Shown in pieces: positions 1-9,135 of a stretch of 62,484 nt of DNA (position 1 is its first letter; each line of letters starts with the position of its first letter). Source of the DNA: a virus (taxonomy: Duplodnaviria > Caudoviricetes); IMG/VR virus record IMGVR_UViG_3300021963_000131, positions 1-62,484 of that record; one strand, 5' to 3'. The translations under genes and the position numbers were made by a program. The notes beneath the pieces were generated by a model, which was given only the letters and a program-made list of their open reading frames with translations, was not told the DNA's origin and did not search any database.

Positions 1-80
1 GTTGCTCCAGCAAACACCTGACCACCGATCAAATTGACCGGCTTTAGACCATAGGGTCTGTCGATAGTCGGGTAAGCCAT
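1..80 (-). CDS. Partial head structural gene running off the window edge (MAYPTIDRPYGLKPVNLIGGQVFAGA...), probably the gene just before the major capsid gene
   Basis: Hand translation from ATG at 80; AGGAG Shine-Dalgarno (SD) upstream; lies in the head operon. Confidence 0.65.
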   Translation of the reverse strand, partial: MAYPTIDRPYGLKPVNLIGGQVFAGA

Positions 81-93
81 TTTGGATTAACTC

Positions 94-570
94 CTACGAT
101 TGTTGATTACCACGCCCAAATGAAACCGTGGTTTTGCGCTCTGAAAACAGAGGCATCCTTGGATCATTTTCGCGCATGAAGTGATTGTCAACAGATCTGA
201 TTTGCGCTTCAGCCTGCTTTTGATAGAAGTCGTTGCGCTGATCAACCATTTCTGTTGGCGTTTTGCACAGCAACAATCCGCCCACTACGACGTTGTCTTT
301 GAAACGAGCATTGTCGTTATCAAGATACATCGAGATTTCGGGATGGTCTACTGCGCGAACAGGCTCCCAACCTTCGCGGATTTTGGATGACACATTGCGT
401 GGGTCAGCTTGACCCAGCGTACTGACACGAATCCAACGATAAGTATATCCGGGCTCAGGTGCAGGGTCAGGCAGCAGCGTGGGCGGTGCCCAGCTACGAG
501 GACGTTCATCGTTGGCGCGAGTTTGTAGATCGCGGCCTGTGCGAGTTTCAGCTAATTTATTCTCAGCCAT
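94..570 (-). CDS. Head-module protein of unknown function (158 aa)
   Basis: ORF overlaps the scaffold stop codon; sits between scaffold and capsid-region genes. Confidence 0.7.
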   Translation of the reverse strand: MAENKLAETRTGRDLQTRANDERPRSWAPPTLLPDPAPEPGYTYRWIRVSTLGQADPRNVSSKIREGWEPVRAVDHPEISMYLDNDNARFKDNVVVGGLLLCKTPTEMVDQRNDFYQKQAEAQIRSVDNHFMRENDPRMPLFSERKTTVSFGRGNQQS

Positions 571-1507
571 TTTGTGTCATACCTTCCGCCACTTTCCGGG
601 CATAAAGTTCCAAAGGAATCCTAAACTTCTTAGCAAGTGCCACTTGAGTCTGTGTCAGCGTGATTTTCTTTGGCGCAACGCTGCGACTTGCCGGGGCTAC
701 AACATTACTGCTCGTCCGTTTCTGTTTTTCCTCTGATCTTCCGCGCTCATCAGGAAAATGTTCAGGGAACTTACTACGTAGTGTCGTATTGATCACCTCG
801 TAATACTGATCCGAGGTAGGATCAACGCCTTCTTCGACTAGTTGCTCGTGCAGCCCCAGAGTGAAGGCAGTCATGGGTCGGTTAGGTCCAAACCACTGAT
901 TTTGCTTTCGCCACGCAAGTGCTTTGGAATCCAACTCATTATCTGAAGCGGATTGTGGTTGCATGTTTACAGGAATTTCTCGTTCCTGTAAAGGGGGTGC
1001 CTTAAAGTTTTCAACTTTATCAAGCCGTAATTTAGCTTGAGTTAATTCTTCTTGCGCTGCAACAATCTGATCGGGATCGAACGACTCGTAAGCTTCTTTA
1101 TATTTCTTACGTGCTTGATCCAACGCCATTTCAGCATTGTGTTTGGCCGTACCTACAAGAAGTGTGGTGTGATCGCCCAGATTTTTCTTGAGATGTTTAT
1201 TCTCTTCAATAATCTGTTGGGCAAACTTCAACGCCTCTTCACGTTCACGCAAAGCTGCTTCTTTAGCCCGACGTTCATCGTGGTAACCATGTGACAGTTT
1301 CTTAATACGTTTCTGTACACCCTCGTCATATTTAGAAAGCTCGTCATCGGTTACTTCATTGACAGGCTCATCAAGCGGTTTACGCCCTTTATCCTGTTCC
1401 GGCGTGTCATCAACGACTTCAATTTCAATTTCAAAATCGTCTTTAGCCTTCTTTTCAGGCTCACGTTCGTCTGGGAATTTATATTCCACTTTTTCAAAAT
1501 CTGCCAT
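563..1507 (-). CDS. Putative capsid scaffolding protein
   Basis: Acidic N-terminus, long coiled coil, short basic C-terminal helix; downstream of portal. Confidence 0.65.
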   Translation of the reverse strand: MADFEKVEYKFPDEREPEKKAKDDFEIEIEVVDDTPEQDKGRKPLDEPVNEVTDDELSKYDEGVQKRIKKLSHGYHDERRAKEAALREREEALKFAQQIIEENKHLKKNLGDHTTLLVGTAKHNAEMALDQARKKYKEAYESFDPDQIVAAQEELTQAKLRLDKVENFKAPPLQEREIPVNMQPQSASDNELDSKALAWRKQNQWFGPNRPMTAFTLGLHEQLVEEGVDPTSDQYYEVINTTLRSKFPEHFPDERGRSEEKQKRTSSNVVAPASRSVAPKKITLTQTQVALAKKFRIPLELYARKVAEGMTQNG

Positions 1508-1515
1508 ATCTCACC

Positions 1516-1893
1516 TCACGCACGTTGAATGCCACGGGGATCTTCCACCACAGCTTCGACAGAATCATCGTTAATAATCCGAAACTCGCGGTCGTGAATC
1601 TTGATACGAGTGCCGGTGTTAGCGCGAGTAATAATAAAATCACCTGCTTTACACCACGGTCCTGTTGGGAACCTGCTTTGATCCGCATACGCCATATCAC
1701 CAAGTGCTACAACAAAGAGCACGTTACTTAACAGCTCTTCATACTTAACGGTAGCGTCTGCTTTAATAATCCCGCTATCAAACTTATTCTCGATGTTAGG
1801 TAAGGTGCAAAGAATCTTGTAACCCTTAACAATCGGCAGTTGTTTAGCTTTTAGCTGAATATCTTCAATCACAGCTTGGGCTGTATCAGTCAT
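1516..1893 (-). CDS. GroES/Cpn10-like co-chaperonin
   Basis: GroES-like motifs SGII, VVALG, K(A)GDFII and RIINDDSVEAVV; likely start MTDTAQ at 1893, overlapping the upstream stop. Confidence 0.75.
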   Translation of the reverse strand: MTDTAQAVIEDIQLKAKQLPIVKGYKILCTLPNIENKFDSGIIKADATVKYEELLSNVLFVVALGDMAYADQSRFPTGPWCKAGDFIITRANTGTRIKIHDREFRIINDDSVEAVVEDPRGIQRA

Positions 1894-2089
1894 TTTCAAA
1901 TTCCTCATAACGTTGCACAAGGTCTTGTACTTCCATCCTTGCACGGCGCAGACCTTGGATTACGCCACACAAATTCTTATATTCAGCAAAGTCTTTACAG
2001 TTTCCTTCAGCCATTGCATCACTTACTTCCCGCTCTCGTTCTCTGAGTTTATTAAATAAGTGATCTAGCATCTGCCGCTCATGCGCCAT
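1886..2089 (-). CDS. Small helical protein between portal and GroES-like gene
   Basis: 67-aa ORF coupled to both neighbours; contains DFAEYKNLCGVIQGL. Confidence 0.7.
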   Translation of the reverse strand: MAHERQMLDHLFNKLREREREVSDAMAEGNCKDFAEYKNLCGVIQGLRRARMEVQDLVQRYEEFEND

Positions 2090-4470
2090 TAACTACCGCC
2101 TTTCATACGTGATTTAATAAGATCAAGCTGTAGCTTGCGTTCGTTTTGCTGGTTCTGGTTCTGAAGCCGTATGCCTTCTTTCTGTGCTTCTACAGCGATC
2201 CGCTGCTGCTCAACGTTCAACCGCTTTTCAGCAATCTGTGCATCAATAGAGTCTTTCTGCGCTTTGCGCTGCTGCTCCATACCCTTGATCTGCAACTCCT
2301 GCTGCTGCATCTGAACCAGCGGATCTGCTGACATCTGTTGTGCTTGCTGTTGCGCAGCCTCAGCTTGATGAATCTGCAAGACCTGCTGTGCAGCCTCGGC
2401 AACATATTTAGCCATTGCCAACTCTTCAGCTTCAGAGACCTCCTGCTCAGGTCCGGGCAGCGGCGCACCCACACGCTGCTCAATCTCTTGACGGTATCTA
2501 AACCCTAAGTGCTCGGCAACGTGAGCCATCATCGCGGCCTGCATGGTTTGTGCCATTGGATTCTGACCTATGGTCTGCATAATGCTTGGGTCTTGCAAGA
2601 AGGTCATATGTGCTGTGATGTGCGCCTGATGATCCTGATAAATGAACGCTTTTAGCGGTACACCTTTGAGCACATTCATGTTCTCGGTTATAGGATCTTT
2701 GGGTTTCTGATCATCCGGCAGGGGTACTAGTTTGTCGGCGTTAGGAATACCCAACACATCCAACATCTGCCTATGAAGGCGAGGCATGTCATATAACTGA
2801 GGGGCACCTTGGGCTAGTTGTAAAGCGGCTTGATACTGCACAACCCGCTGAGCCATCGTCGAGGCGTTAGGATCAGACACGGGAATAACTTCGACAATGT
2901 CGTAGTCCTCAGCCTTAACCTGTGGGGTTCCATCCTGCGGCACGTAGCTGTAATCAGGTGAGGTGTACTCCCTGATAATTTCTTTGAGCAGCTTGAACTC
3001 TTCTTTCATCGCCGCATGGATGCGAGCCTGCACTGCACCCATCGTCTTTAACTGCCGCTCCAAGAGAGCTAGCGTCGTACCCACCGGAGCCTGACTCGAC
3101 ATATCGCTGATCTTCATATCAGCCATACCACTGAGCCGTCGTGCTTCTTCGGTAATCTGATTGAGTAGTGCTAGCAGCGTAGCACTGGGTTCTTTATAGG
3201 GCAGCGGCAGGATGTTGTCCCTGATCGCACCTCCCGGCACATCTACATCTCGCCATTCACCCGGAGCAATCGGCGTGTCATCACCTTTGATCCGCAGACC
3301 ACGAGCCTTTAACCCACCGGGGAGATTAGATAGCGACCCTGCATCCACCAACTGACGGATCAGCATGGTGCCTGCCGTGGCGTAGCCACCGATAATGTGA
3401 ATTAACCCAAAGCCATAAGCACCAAACCCAGGGATATACATATAGTGCACAAAGTGCTGACGCGCACGTTTCTGGGGGTCGTCTTCTCTGTAATTACGCC
3501 GTATGGCTAAAACTTTACTGGTGCCTTTATCAATCGTAATGACATAGGGCAGTGGCAGTTCTTCCTCATACCCCGGCAAGTCATACTCGATATGCACTTC
3601 GCATATCTGATACCGCTCGTCTTTAGTTTGCTCAACGCCTTCTTTTTGCGCTTTAGCTTTTTCAATATCCGTTTGATTTGCAAACGGGTCACCAAGATCA
3701 ATATCTCGATAAAATCTGCTGTACTGTAATCGTTTAATATCATTTTTAGTTTTACGCATCATGTGCGTAAGACGATCTGTACGGCGGATATTAGTTACGC
3801 CATATGGAAGAATGACATCTTCCGCAGGAATATAAAATGAAACCTGTCGTTCTAACGACGGATCATAATAAACCTTTTTAAATGACGAGCCTGCTAATGC
3901 AACGCCCCATAATGCGCGTTCATGCTCTGATCGATATTCAGGCATTTTGTCAGTTAGCTGATAATTCATATCAGCTTTTACGCGTTTACCCGCTTCTTCA
4001 ATATCAGGGGTAAACTGCCCAATAATTTGCGTCTTTACAGGCCCACCTGCCGGAAATGTTTCCATAATAGATTCGCTTTGAAAACGAATCGCTGCTTCAG
4101 TCAGCAACGTAGAGAACACACCGCAGGCACCATCCCAAGGCTCAGTGACTTCGTCATAACGTAGCCCAAGAACATCCAATCCTTTTACATAGGTATCAAC
4201 CCAATCTTTGCGGGAGTTAATATCTGCTTCAACCAACTCCATCACATCACTAGCGACTCTTTGCAAATCATTTTCTTGCATGAACTCGGCTAGATTAGAG
4301 TCAAACGCTTCTTCCCCATCCTCACCCCCCGGCTCGATCTCAATCTCCACCCCACCCATACCAATCGTTACGGATTCAGGATCTTCGATCTCAATCTCAA
4401 TAGGTGCTTCTTCAAGTGCCAAGGCTTCAAGTCCTTCGGGCATCTCGTACAGTGCTTTATCAATAGCCAT
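2089..4470 (-). CDS. Portal protein (podovirus/P22-like)
   Basis: 793 aa, directly after the terminase; Q-rich coiled-coil C-terminus. Confidence 0.85.
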   Translation of the reverse strand: MAIDKALYEMPEGLEALALEEAPIEIEIEDPESVTIGMGGVEIEIEPGGEDGEEAFDSNLAEFMQENDLQRVASDVMELVEADINSRKDWVDTYVKGLDVLGLRYDEVTEPWDGACGVFSTLLTEAAIRFQSESIMETFPAGGPVKTQIIGQFTPDIEEAGKRVKADMNYQLTDKMPEYRSEHERALWGVALAGSSFKKVYYDPSLERQVSFYIPAEDVILPYGVTNIRRTDRLTHMMRKTKNDIKRLQYSRFYRDIDLGDPFANQTDIEKAKAQKEGVEQTKDERYQICEVHIEYDLPGYEEELPLPYVITIDKGTSKVLAIRRNYREDDPQKRARQHFVHYMYIPGFGAYGFGLIHIIGGYATAGTMLIRQLVDAGSLSNLPGGLKARGLRIKGDDTPIAPGEWRDVDVPGGAIRDNILPLPYKEPSATLLALLNQITEEARRLSGMADMKISDMSSQAPVGTTLALLERQLKTMGAVQARIHAAMKEEFKLLKEIIREYTSPDYSYVPQDGTPQVKAEDYDIVEVIPVSDPNASTMAQRVVQYQAALQLAQGAPQLYDMPRLHRQMLDVLGIPNADKLVPLPDDQKPKDPITENMNVLKGVPLKAFIYQDHQAHITAHMTFLQDPSIMQTIGQNPMAQTMQAAMMAHVAEHLGFRYRQEIEQRVGAPLPGPEQEVSEAEELAMAKYVAEAAQQVLQIHQAEAAQQQAQQMSADPLVQMQQQELQIKGMEQQRKAQKDSIDAQIAEKRLNVEQQRIAVEAQKEGIRLQNQNQQNERKLQLDLIKSRMKGGS

Positions 4471-4478
4471 GATCTGTC

Positions 4479-6017
4479 CTAACCTAAGTAATAGCCGCGT
4501 TTCTGTCCACGGAAGCCACGGAAATAACGAATGTCGTCAGGCTCATCGTTTGGCAATGAGATGAACCCACCTTGTCTGAAGCGCAGCAGCGCCTGTGTCA
4601 TCGTATCCACGTAATCATCATGCTCTCCAACCGGGAAAGCTGCAACTTCTTCAATGACTTCTCTGGCCCATCGCGTATCAGGAGCCCAGACTTTACCACT
4701 GGCAAACATATCTGCGACAGCATTAACACGCACGTGTTTATCGTTGCCCCGTGATGGGCTGAACTCCTGTATCGGCACCCGCGTACGAGACAATTCCTGA
4801 AGGAGGGGAGCCCCTGCTGCTTTCTTTTCAATCAGCACAATGTCGGGCTCATACTCGTGGTACATCTCCAGCGCTCGTTCTTTGAGCTGCGGGAAATTCA
4901 TCCGCGCTTTAAACGCATCAATCAATATAAGGTTAGGCGCACCGCCGTCCTCATCGTTGTACCAGATACCCCACGTCGTACAGGCTGTGTAGTCCGAAGA
5001 GTTTTTAGTTTCATGCGCCGTATCCCACGACTGAATAATATATTCACACTTTGGCGGGCTTTCATGCTCCCACACTTTCCACATATTGCGCTGAATAACA
5101 GCCGCCGCATCGCTTGTGGGCTGCTGCATATACTGCGCCTGCCAGTAGCGCGGGTCCATGCCCGCTCTTTTAGCCTTTAACTGATCTAACGGCCACTGTT
5201 CAGGCCACAGACTCTTCTCGTTTTCTTCACCCTCATGCAAGATCGCAGGAAGCTCGACGATCTCCCACGGATCTGACTCAGGATTTTTCGCTTGATAATC
5301 AATCAGCTTACCCGTCAGGTCAATCAAGCTCCATCGCGTCATAATGACGATGATGGCACCCCCCGGCATCAGACGCTGCAACGGTCCTGTTTGAAACCAC
5401 GACCATGCCTGATCAAATGTCAGCCGTGAATTAGCCTTTATGTCCTGTTCAGAATGAGGATCGTCAATAACAAACAAATCAGCACCACGCCCAGCCAGAG
5501 CGCCGCCAACGCCAACAGCATAATATTGACCTCCAGCTCCGGTAGACCATTTTCCGGCAGCTTTTTGGTCTTCTGCGAGGGCTGTTTTTGGAAAAATCTC
5601 CTGATATTCATCAGAATCCACCAGATTTTTAACACGCCTACCGAAATCTTCTGACAAAGACGCGGTGTGCGTCCCCATAATAATCTTTTTATCGGGAAAC
5701 TGACCTAAAAACCAAGCAGGAAATAGATAAGAACTGAATTCTGACTTACCCATACGTGGTGCTATGTTAATAATGACGCGTTTTTTACGTCCTGCCACCA
5801 CATCTTCAAAGATTTTTGCCAGTTTTCTATGGTGTGCGCCTTCTTTGAAGTTGGGATACACGTGATGTGCAAACGCAAGCACCGACGACTTAGATTTTTT
5901 GAGTGATTTACGCCTATCAAACTCATCAAGAAGCGTTAGCACCTCCATCTTTTCTTCAGATGGCATCAACGGCAGCACTTTACGCAGTGCTTCTGCTTCG
6001 TGATCACTCAGATTCAC
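4479..6017 (-). CDS. terL: Terminase large subunit
   Basis: Walker A APRMGKS, Walker B FVIDD, motif III MTRW, nuclease SWDTA and HDDYVD. Confidence 0.95.
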   Translation of the reverse strand: MNLSDHEAEALRKVLPLMPSEEKMEVLTLLDEFDRRKSLKKSKSSVLAFAHHVYPNFKEGAHHRKLAKIFEDVVAGRKKRVIINIAPRMGKSEFSSYLFPAWFLGQFPDKKIIMGTHTASLSEDFGRRVKNLVDSDEYQEIFPKTALAEDQKAAGKWSTGAGGQYYAVGVGGALAGRGADLFVIDDPHSEQDIKANSRLTFDQAWSWFQTGPLQRLMPGGAIIVIMTRWSLIDLTGKLIDYQAKNPESDPWEIVELPAILHEGEENEKSLWPEQWPLDQLKAKRAGMDPRYWQAQYMQQPTSDAAAVIQRNMWKVWEHESPPKCEYIIQSWDTAHETKNSSDYTACTTWGIWYNDEDGGAPNLILIDAFKARMNFPQLKERALEMYHEYEPDIVLIEKKAAGAPLLQELSRTRVPIQEFSPSRGNDKHVRVNAVADMFASGKVWAPDTRWAREVIEEVAAFPVGEHDDYVDTMTQALLRFRQGGFISLPNDEPDDIRYFRGFRGQKRGYYLG

Positions 6018-6579
6018 TAGGCTTCTCCGTCGCAGTTACCTCAATAGCGCCCATATATTTACCAAGCTTAGCTTTAATCTTGGCTTCGATCTCTTCATCC
6101 GTCAGTTCAGCCTTCTTAACCTCCACGCGTTCCGTAAATAGCGCCACTTCTGTAACGCGCCCCAGCATCTCTAAAGCTTTTAATCGATAGCGTGGGTCTG
6201 GGTGCTCTGTATCTTCCAGTATTTTTGCAACCGCGTACCCTCTCATCTGCCGCGCCTGTTCAACAAACGCCCAGTCGTACGCTGTCAGCATCCCTACAAG
6301 CCGTCGCACAGCAACTGGCGTTGTGTTGGCTAGTAGTTGTTCTTTAACTTTTTCAGTGGGAGCCCCCGCAGCCATAGCAGTAAACGCAAGCTGTGCGTTT
6401 TTCTTGCTTGCCTTGTCTTCAACCTCCTCATCAGACGCTGCGCCAATCGACTCTAAAAAATCAGCCGTATTAATCTGCGCATTTAATAACTGTTGAGGCG
6501 TTGCTTTATCCACCGAAACAAACGGTGGGGGGTCATCGTAAATGATTAAATGTTCAAACATACTGAGGGAAAGGGGCAC
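6004..6579 (-). CDS. Probable terminase small subunit (alternative start ATG 6561)
   Basis: Helical protein overlapping the terL start; RLKALEMLGR segment. Confidence 0.6.
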   Translation of the reverse strand: MPLSLSMFEHLIIYDDPPPFVSVDKATPQQLLNAQINTADFLESIGAASDEEVEDKASKKNAQLAFTAMAAGAPTEKVKEQLLANTTPVAVRRLVGMLTAYDWAFVEQARQMRGYAVAKILEDTEHPDPRYRLKALEMLGRVTEVALFTERVEVKKAELTDEEIEAKIKAKLGKYMGAIEVTATEKPSESE

Positions 6580-6611
6580 CTCGGTTTAAGTTAGCGTAGG
6601 GTAATGTTTTA

Positions 6612-6640
6612 TTGACGTTTGTGCAATGGGTGCGTATATT
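6612..6640 (+). promoter_or_regulatory. Sigma70-type promoter TTGACG-17-TATATT
   Basis: Near-consensus boxes with 17-bp spacing, pointing into an ORF-less unit with its own terminator. Confidence 0.6.
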
Positions 6641-6646
6641 AATGGT

Positions 6647-6727
6647 GTAGCTTGTCCATAGCTACTCTCCTTGTTGTTTGGGTTATGACGACCTTCCCTT
6701 ATCCCGGCGCGATGCCGGGATTTTTTT
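6647..6727 (+). ncRNA. Candidate small RNA (about 80 nt) with an anti-SD tract
   Basis: Promoter upstream, 5' hairpin GTAGCT/AGCTAC, TCTCCTT at 6666-6672, intrinsic terminator at the 3' end. Confidence 0.5.
6701..6727 (+). terminator. Rho-independent terminator
   Basis: ATCCCGGC-GCGAT-GCCGGGAT followed by a T run. Confidence 0.8.
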
Positions 6728-6976
6728 ATGTACGTATGTCAAGTATTTGACATTATGTGGGGGATTTTTTGTAGGTAGTTATAAAAAAATTTGTGGTGTT
6801 GGAGACAAATAGTGTCACACGTAGCCCCCCTACCTAGCCACCACACTGGGGGGATACGGGTACAGTGGGGTCGCAAGTGGGACAGTTTGAATGCCCATTT
6901 GCCGGACTGTCGAGGAACTCCAAAAGTCGTCACCGTATACTTAAAGTGTCGAGATTGCTCTATATCTCGATAGGCG

Positions 6977-7001
6977 AGCCAGTCATTCGACTGGCTTTTT
7001 T
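6977..7001 (+). terminator. Rho-independent terminator
   Basis: AGCCAGTC-ATTC-GACTGGCT followed by a T run. Confidence 0.7.
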
Positions 7002-7062
7002 GTTTGTGTGGCTTTGCGAGACAGCGAGGCTTCTCGCAGGTTTCACACTGTGTCAATAATCG

Positions 7063-7078
7063 GGACAGAAATCTGTCC
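7063..7078. repeat. 16-bp near-palindromic site GGACAGAAATCTGTCC, copy 1 of 5
   Basis: Exact motif just upstream of the first early gene. Confidence 0.85.
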
Positions 7079-7091
7079 GAAAGGTATTGTT

Positions 7092-7526
7092 ATGAGTAAC
7101 GCACCATTCGCAAGCGCATCCGCCGCAGGTCTCGAAATTGGGAAGGCCGACAGGCTAACCAAGGAGAGAACTGCCAAACTGGCATTAGCCTACAAAAAAG
7201 CTAACGCTGAGAAGCGTGAGCTGATGAGAAGCGAGTTCATGCTCGCCTACATCATGGGCAAGCTGAATGTGGATCAAGCCACAGCGGAAACTGTGCTTAA
7301 GACGTCCAAACTGAAGCGTGAAGCTGATGAGCAGAAAGCATACGCTTGCGGCTCAAATCAGTTTCTAAACCACATCATCCGTGACACGCTCACGGAAGAA
7401 AAAGGCGAAAGCGACAGTGGCAGCAGTAACAGCACCGATGCAGTGCAAGCCTGCATCAACTACATAAACAAACAAAAACTAACCAAGCGTCAGATGAGCA
7501 AGCTCATCGCCGCACTCACGGCCTAA
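7092..7526 (+). CDS. First early gene, hypothetical protein
   Basis: ATG at 7092 with AAGG upstream. Confidence 0.7.
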   Translation: MSNAPFASASAAGLEIGKADRLTKERTAKLALAYKKANAEKRELMRSEFMLAYIMGKLNVDQATAETVLKTSKLKREADEQKAYACGSNQFLNHIIRDTLTEEKGESDSGSSNSTDAVQACINYINKQKLTKRQMSKLIAALTA

Positions 7527-7540
7527 TCAACCCAACCAAC

Positions 7541-7562
7541 GTGGGACAGAAATCTGTCCCAC
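7541..7562. repeat. Operator-like site copy 2 (extended GTGGGACAGA-AA-TCTGTCCCAC)
   Basis: Intergenic, directly before TAAGGAG SD. Confidence 0.85.
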
Positions 7563-7580
7563 AACTTAAGGAGAAACATC

Positions 7581-7787
7581 ATGCCTACAATCAAACCATC
7601 GTGGTTCGCTACGTTTGAACGCCAACAACTAAACCGCGCTCAGATGGAGCGCCAGAAGTTCGAGGAGGAACTCGCGTCCTTCAAACCCAAAGACCAGTTG
7701 GAGCGTGGCACACGCTCACCCAACAGCGACGAACTACTCAAGCTCGTCGCCCACTTCAACAAGAACAAACAACATCTTTGGCTGTAG
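7581..7787 (+). CDS. Hypothetical early protein (68 aa)
   Basis: Strong TAAGGAG SD. Confidence 0.7.
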   Translation: MPTIKPSWFATFERQQLNRAQMERQKFEEELASFKPKDQLERGTRSPNSDELLKLVAHFNKNKQHLWL

Positions 7788-7810
7788 TTCTCAGAGAGTT
7801 GTTGTAGAGA

Positions 7811-8217
7811 AGTTCTCCATAACATGTTATGGAGAACTAGGCCATTTTTAGTTTCGTCCAGTCGACCCCAGCTTTTCGTCAACGTGGACACAAGCGTGGA
7901 CAAGCGCAAAGCCCCGTCCCACAAGGCGTCTATATATAAATGACTGATTGTCTACTATATATATATACGTATTTATTGGGACGTTATTATTCTTATAGGC
8001 TGATTGACCTGCGTTTGTCCTCGCTTTCTGTTTTTTTGGCTTAAGCTAGGTAGTTCTTGGATTTTGGTGGACACTTGGACACTTTTCCCAAACACCCTGA
8101 TTCTATTGGGCAAACCAATGTCCACTAGTTTTTTGAGACGTAATTTACTTAATCGACCGCACCCCCTAAACTACGGGCAAGCGCCAATGTCCACTAGCGA
8201 AGTGGACAAAGTGGACA
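7811..8217. other. Origin-like non-coding region with a 28-bp palindrome, GTGGACA iterons and an AT-rich (TA)n tract
   Basis: Palindrome 7811-7838; GTGGACA at 7884, 7896, 8067, 8202, 8211; TGTCCAC at 8119, 8188; AT-rich 7931-7977. Confidence 0.5.
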
Positions 8218-8251
8218 CTTTTGGTATTTATTGTCAAGGATTAGACAGAAA

Positions 8252-8785
8252 ATGCACACACGAACCTGCATCACATGCAAACAAACCCTTCCATCAAACC
8301 TATTCAAGTACCGCGCAACACGCGAAGAAGCCAAGCGAAAAGGACTCAGTGGAAACACCGCTGCATGGGTTGAATCCAACCGTTGCAAAGCTTGCAGACC
8401 CAAGCGCAAACCCCCAAGCAAGCTCACACGCAACGAGCTAGCCAACCGAGTCACGGCAGGAGATGTATCACCCATCGAGGCCGAGCGCATCCTGAACGAA
8501 CGCGAACTCAAACGCCGAGCCAAGATCAGCGAGTACATGAAAGTCCGACACGCCATGCTCAAGCACATGAGCCTACGCCCAACGCAACTCAAACTCTTTT
8601 TACTGGAGCAACACATCAAGAAGGAGCAAGCCCAACAACTCAAGCAAGAACAACGTGACGCTAAACACAGCGCCAAACTATCAACCCCACCACGCAAGCG
8701 AGGACGCCCACCCAAACAACTCATACCCACCACACCACTAACAACCGGACAGAAATCTGTCCAAGGAGAAACACATGAACGCTAA
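8252..8785 (+). CDS. Basic protein with two CxxC motifs (possible Zn-binding DNA-binding protein)
   Basis: CITC and CKAC; K/R-rich; AT-hook-like RKRGRPPK. Confidence 0.6.
   Translation: MHTRTCITCKQTLPSNLFKYRATREEAKRKGLSGNTAAWVESNRCKACRPKRKPPSKLTRNELANRVTAGDVSPIEAERILNERELKRRAKISEYMKVRHAMLKHMSLRPTQLKLFLLEQHIKKEQAQQLKQEQRDAKHSAKLSTPPRKRGRPPKQLIPTTPLTTGQKSVQGETHER
8747..8762. repeat. Operator-like site copy 3
   Basis: GGACAGAAATCTGTCC directly followed by AAGGAG SD. Confidence 0.85.
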
Positions 8786-8864
8786 CTATTGGGACACCCT
8801 GATTGGCTACGCCCTAGCCTTCGCGCTAGGTGTAGCGCTGACCATATTGGTGCTGGCGCCATGA
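8775..8864 (+). CDS. 29-aa single-transmembrane peptide (MNANYWDTLIGYALAFALGVALTILVLAP), not in the ORF track
   Basis: AAGGAG SD, ATGA coupling to the next gene, hydrophobic stretch. Confidence 0.6.
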   Translation: MNANYWDTLIGYALAFALGVALTILVLAP

Positions 8865-9133
8865 AGATAAGTGAAGTACCAGAGAAAGCGTTTTACGCCA
8901 CACCCACGCACATACCCATGAAGCGAGTACCTGATTGGGACGCACTGTATGAAGTGCTCAAAGCCAATGGGTTTGTAGTGATTGAGGATGACGCTATACG
9001 AACCAACATCAACGGCTCACAGGAGGGAGTCAAGGTAAAGAACTTCAACAATTTTGTACGCAGCATCAAGCGCCAGAAACTATTTACCAAACGCATATCC
9101 AACACGCGTTGGGTGTGCACACTAGGAGAGTAA
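8861..9133 (+). CDS. Hypothetical protein
   Basis: Start MKISE coupled to the upstream peptide. Confidence 0.6.
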   Translation: MKISEVPEKAFYATPTHIPMKRVPDWDALYEVLKANGFVVIEDDAIRTNINGSQEGVKVKNFNNFVRSIKRQKLFTKRISNTRWVCTLGE

Positions 9134-9135
9134 AC

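Noticed and set aside
6638-6672. Minus-strand SD and ATG (AAGGAGAGTAGCTATG) as a gene start
   Set aside because: It encodes only MDKLHH before a stop. The plus-strand promoter and terminator explain the segment better.
8004-8441. 145-aa ORF across the iteron region
   Set aside because: It has no SD, a TTG start, overlaps the better-supported 8252 gene, and its sequence reflects the DNA repeats.
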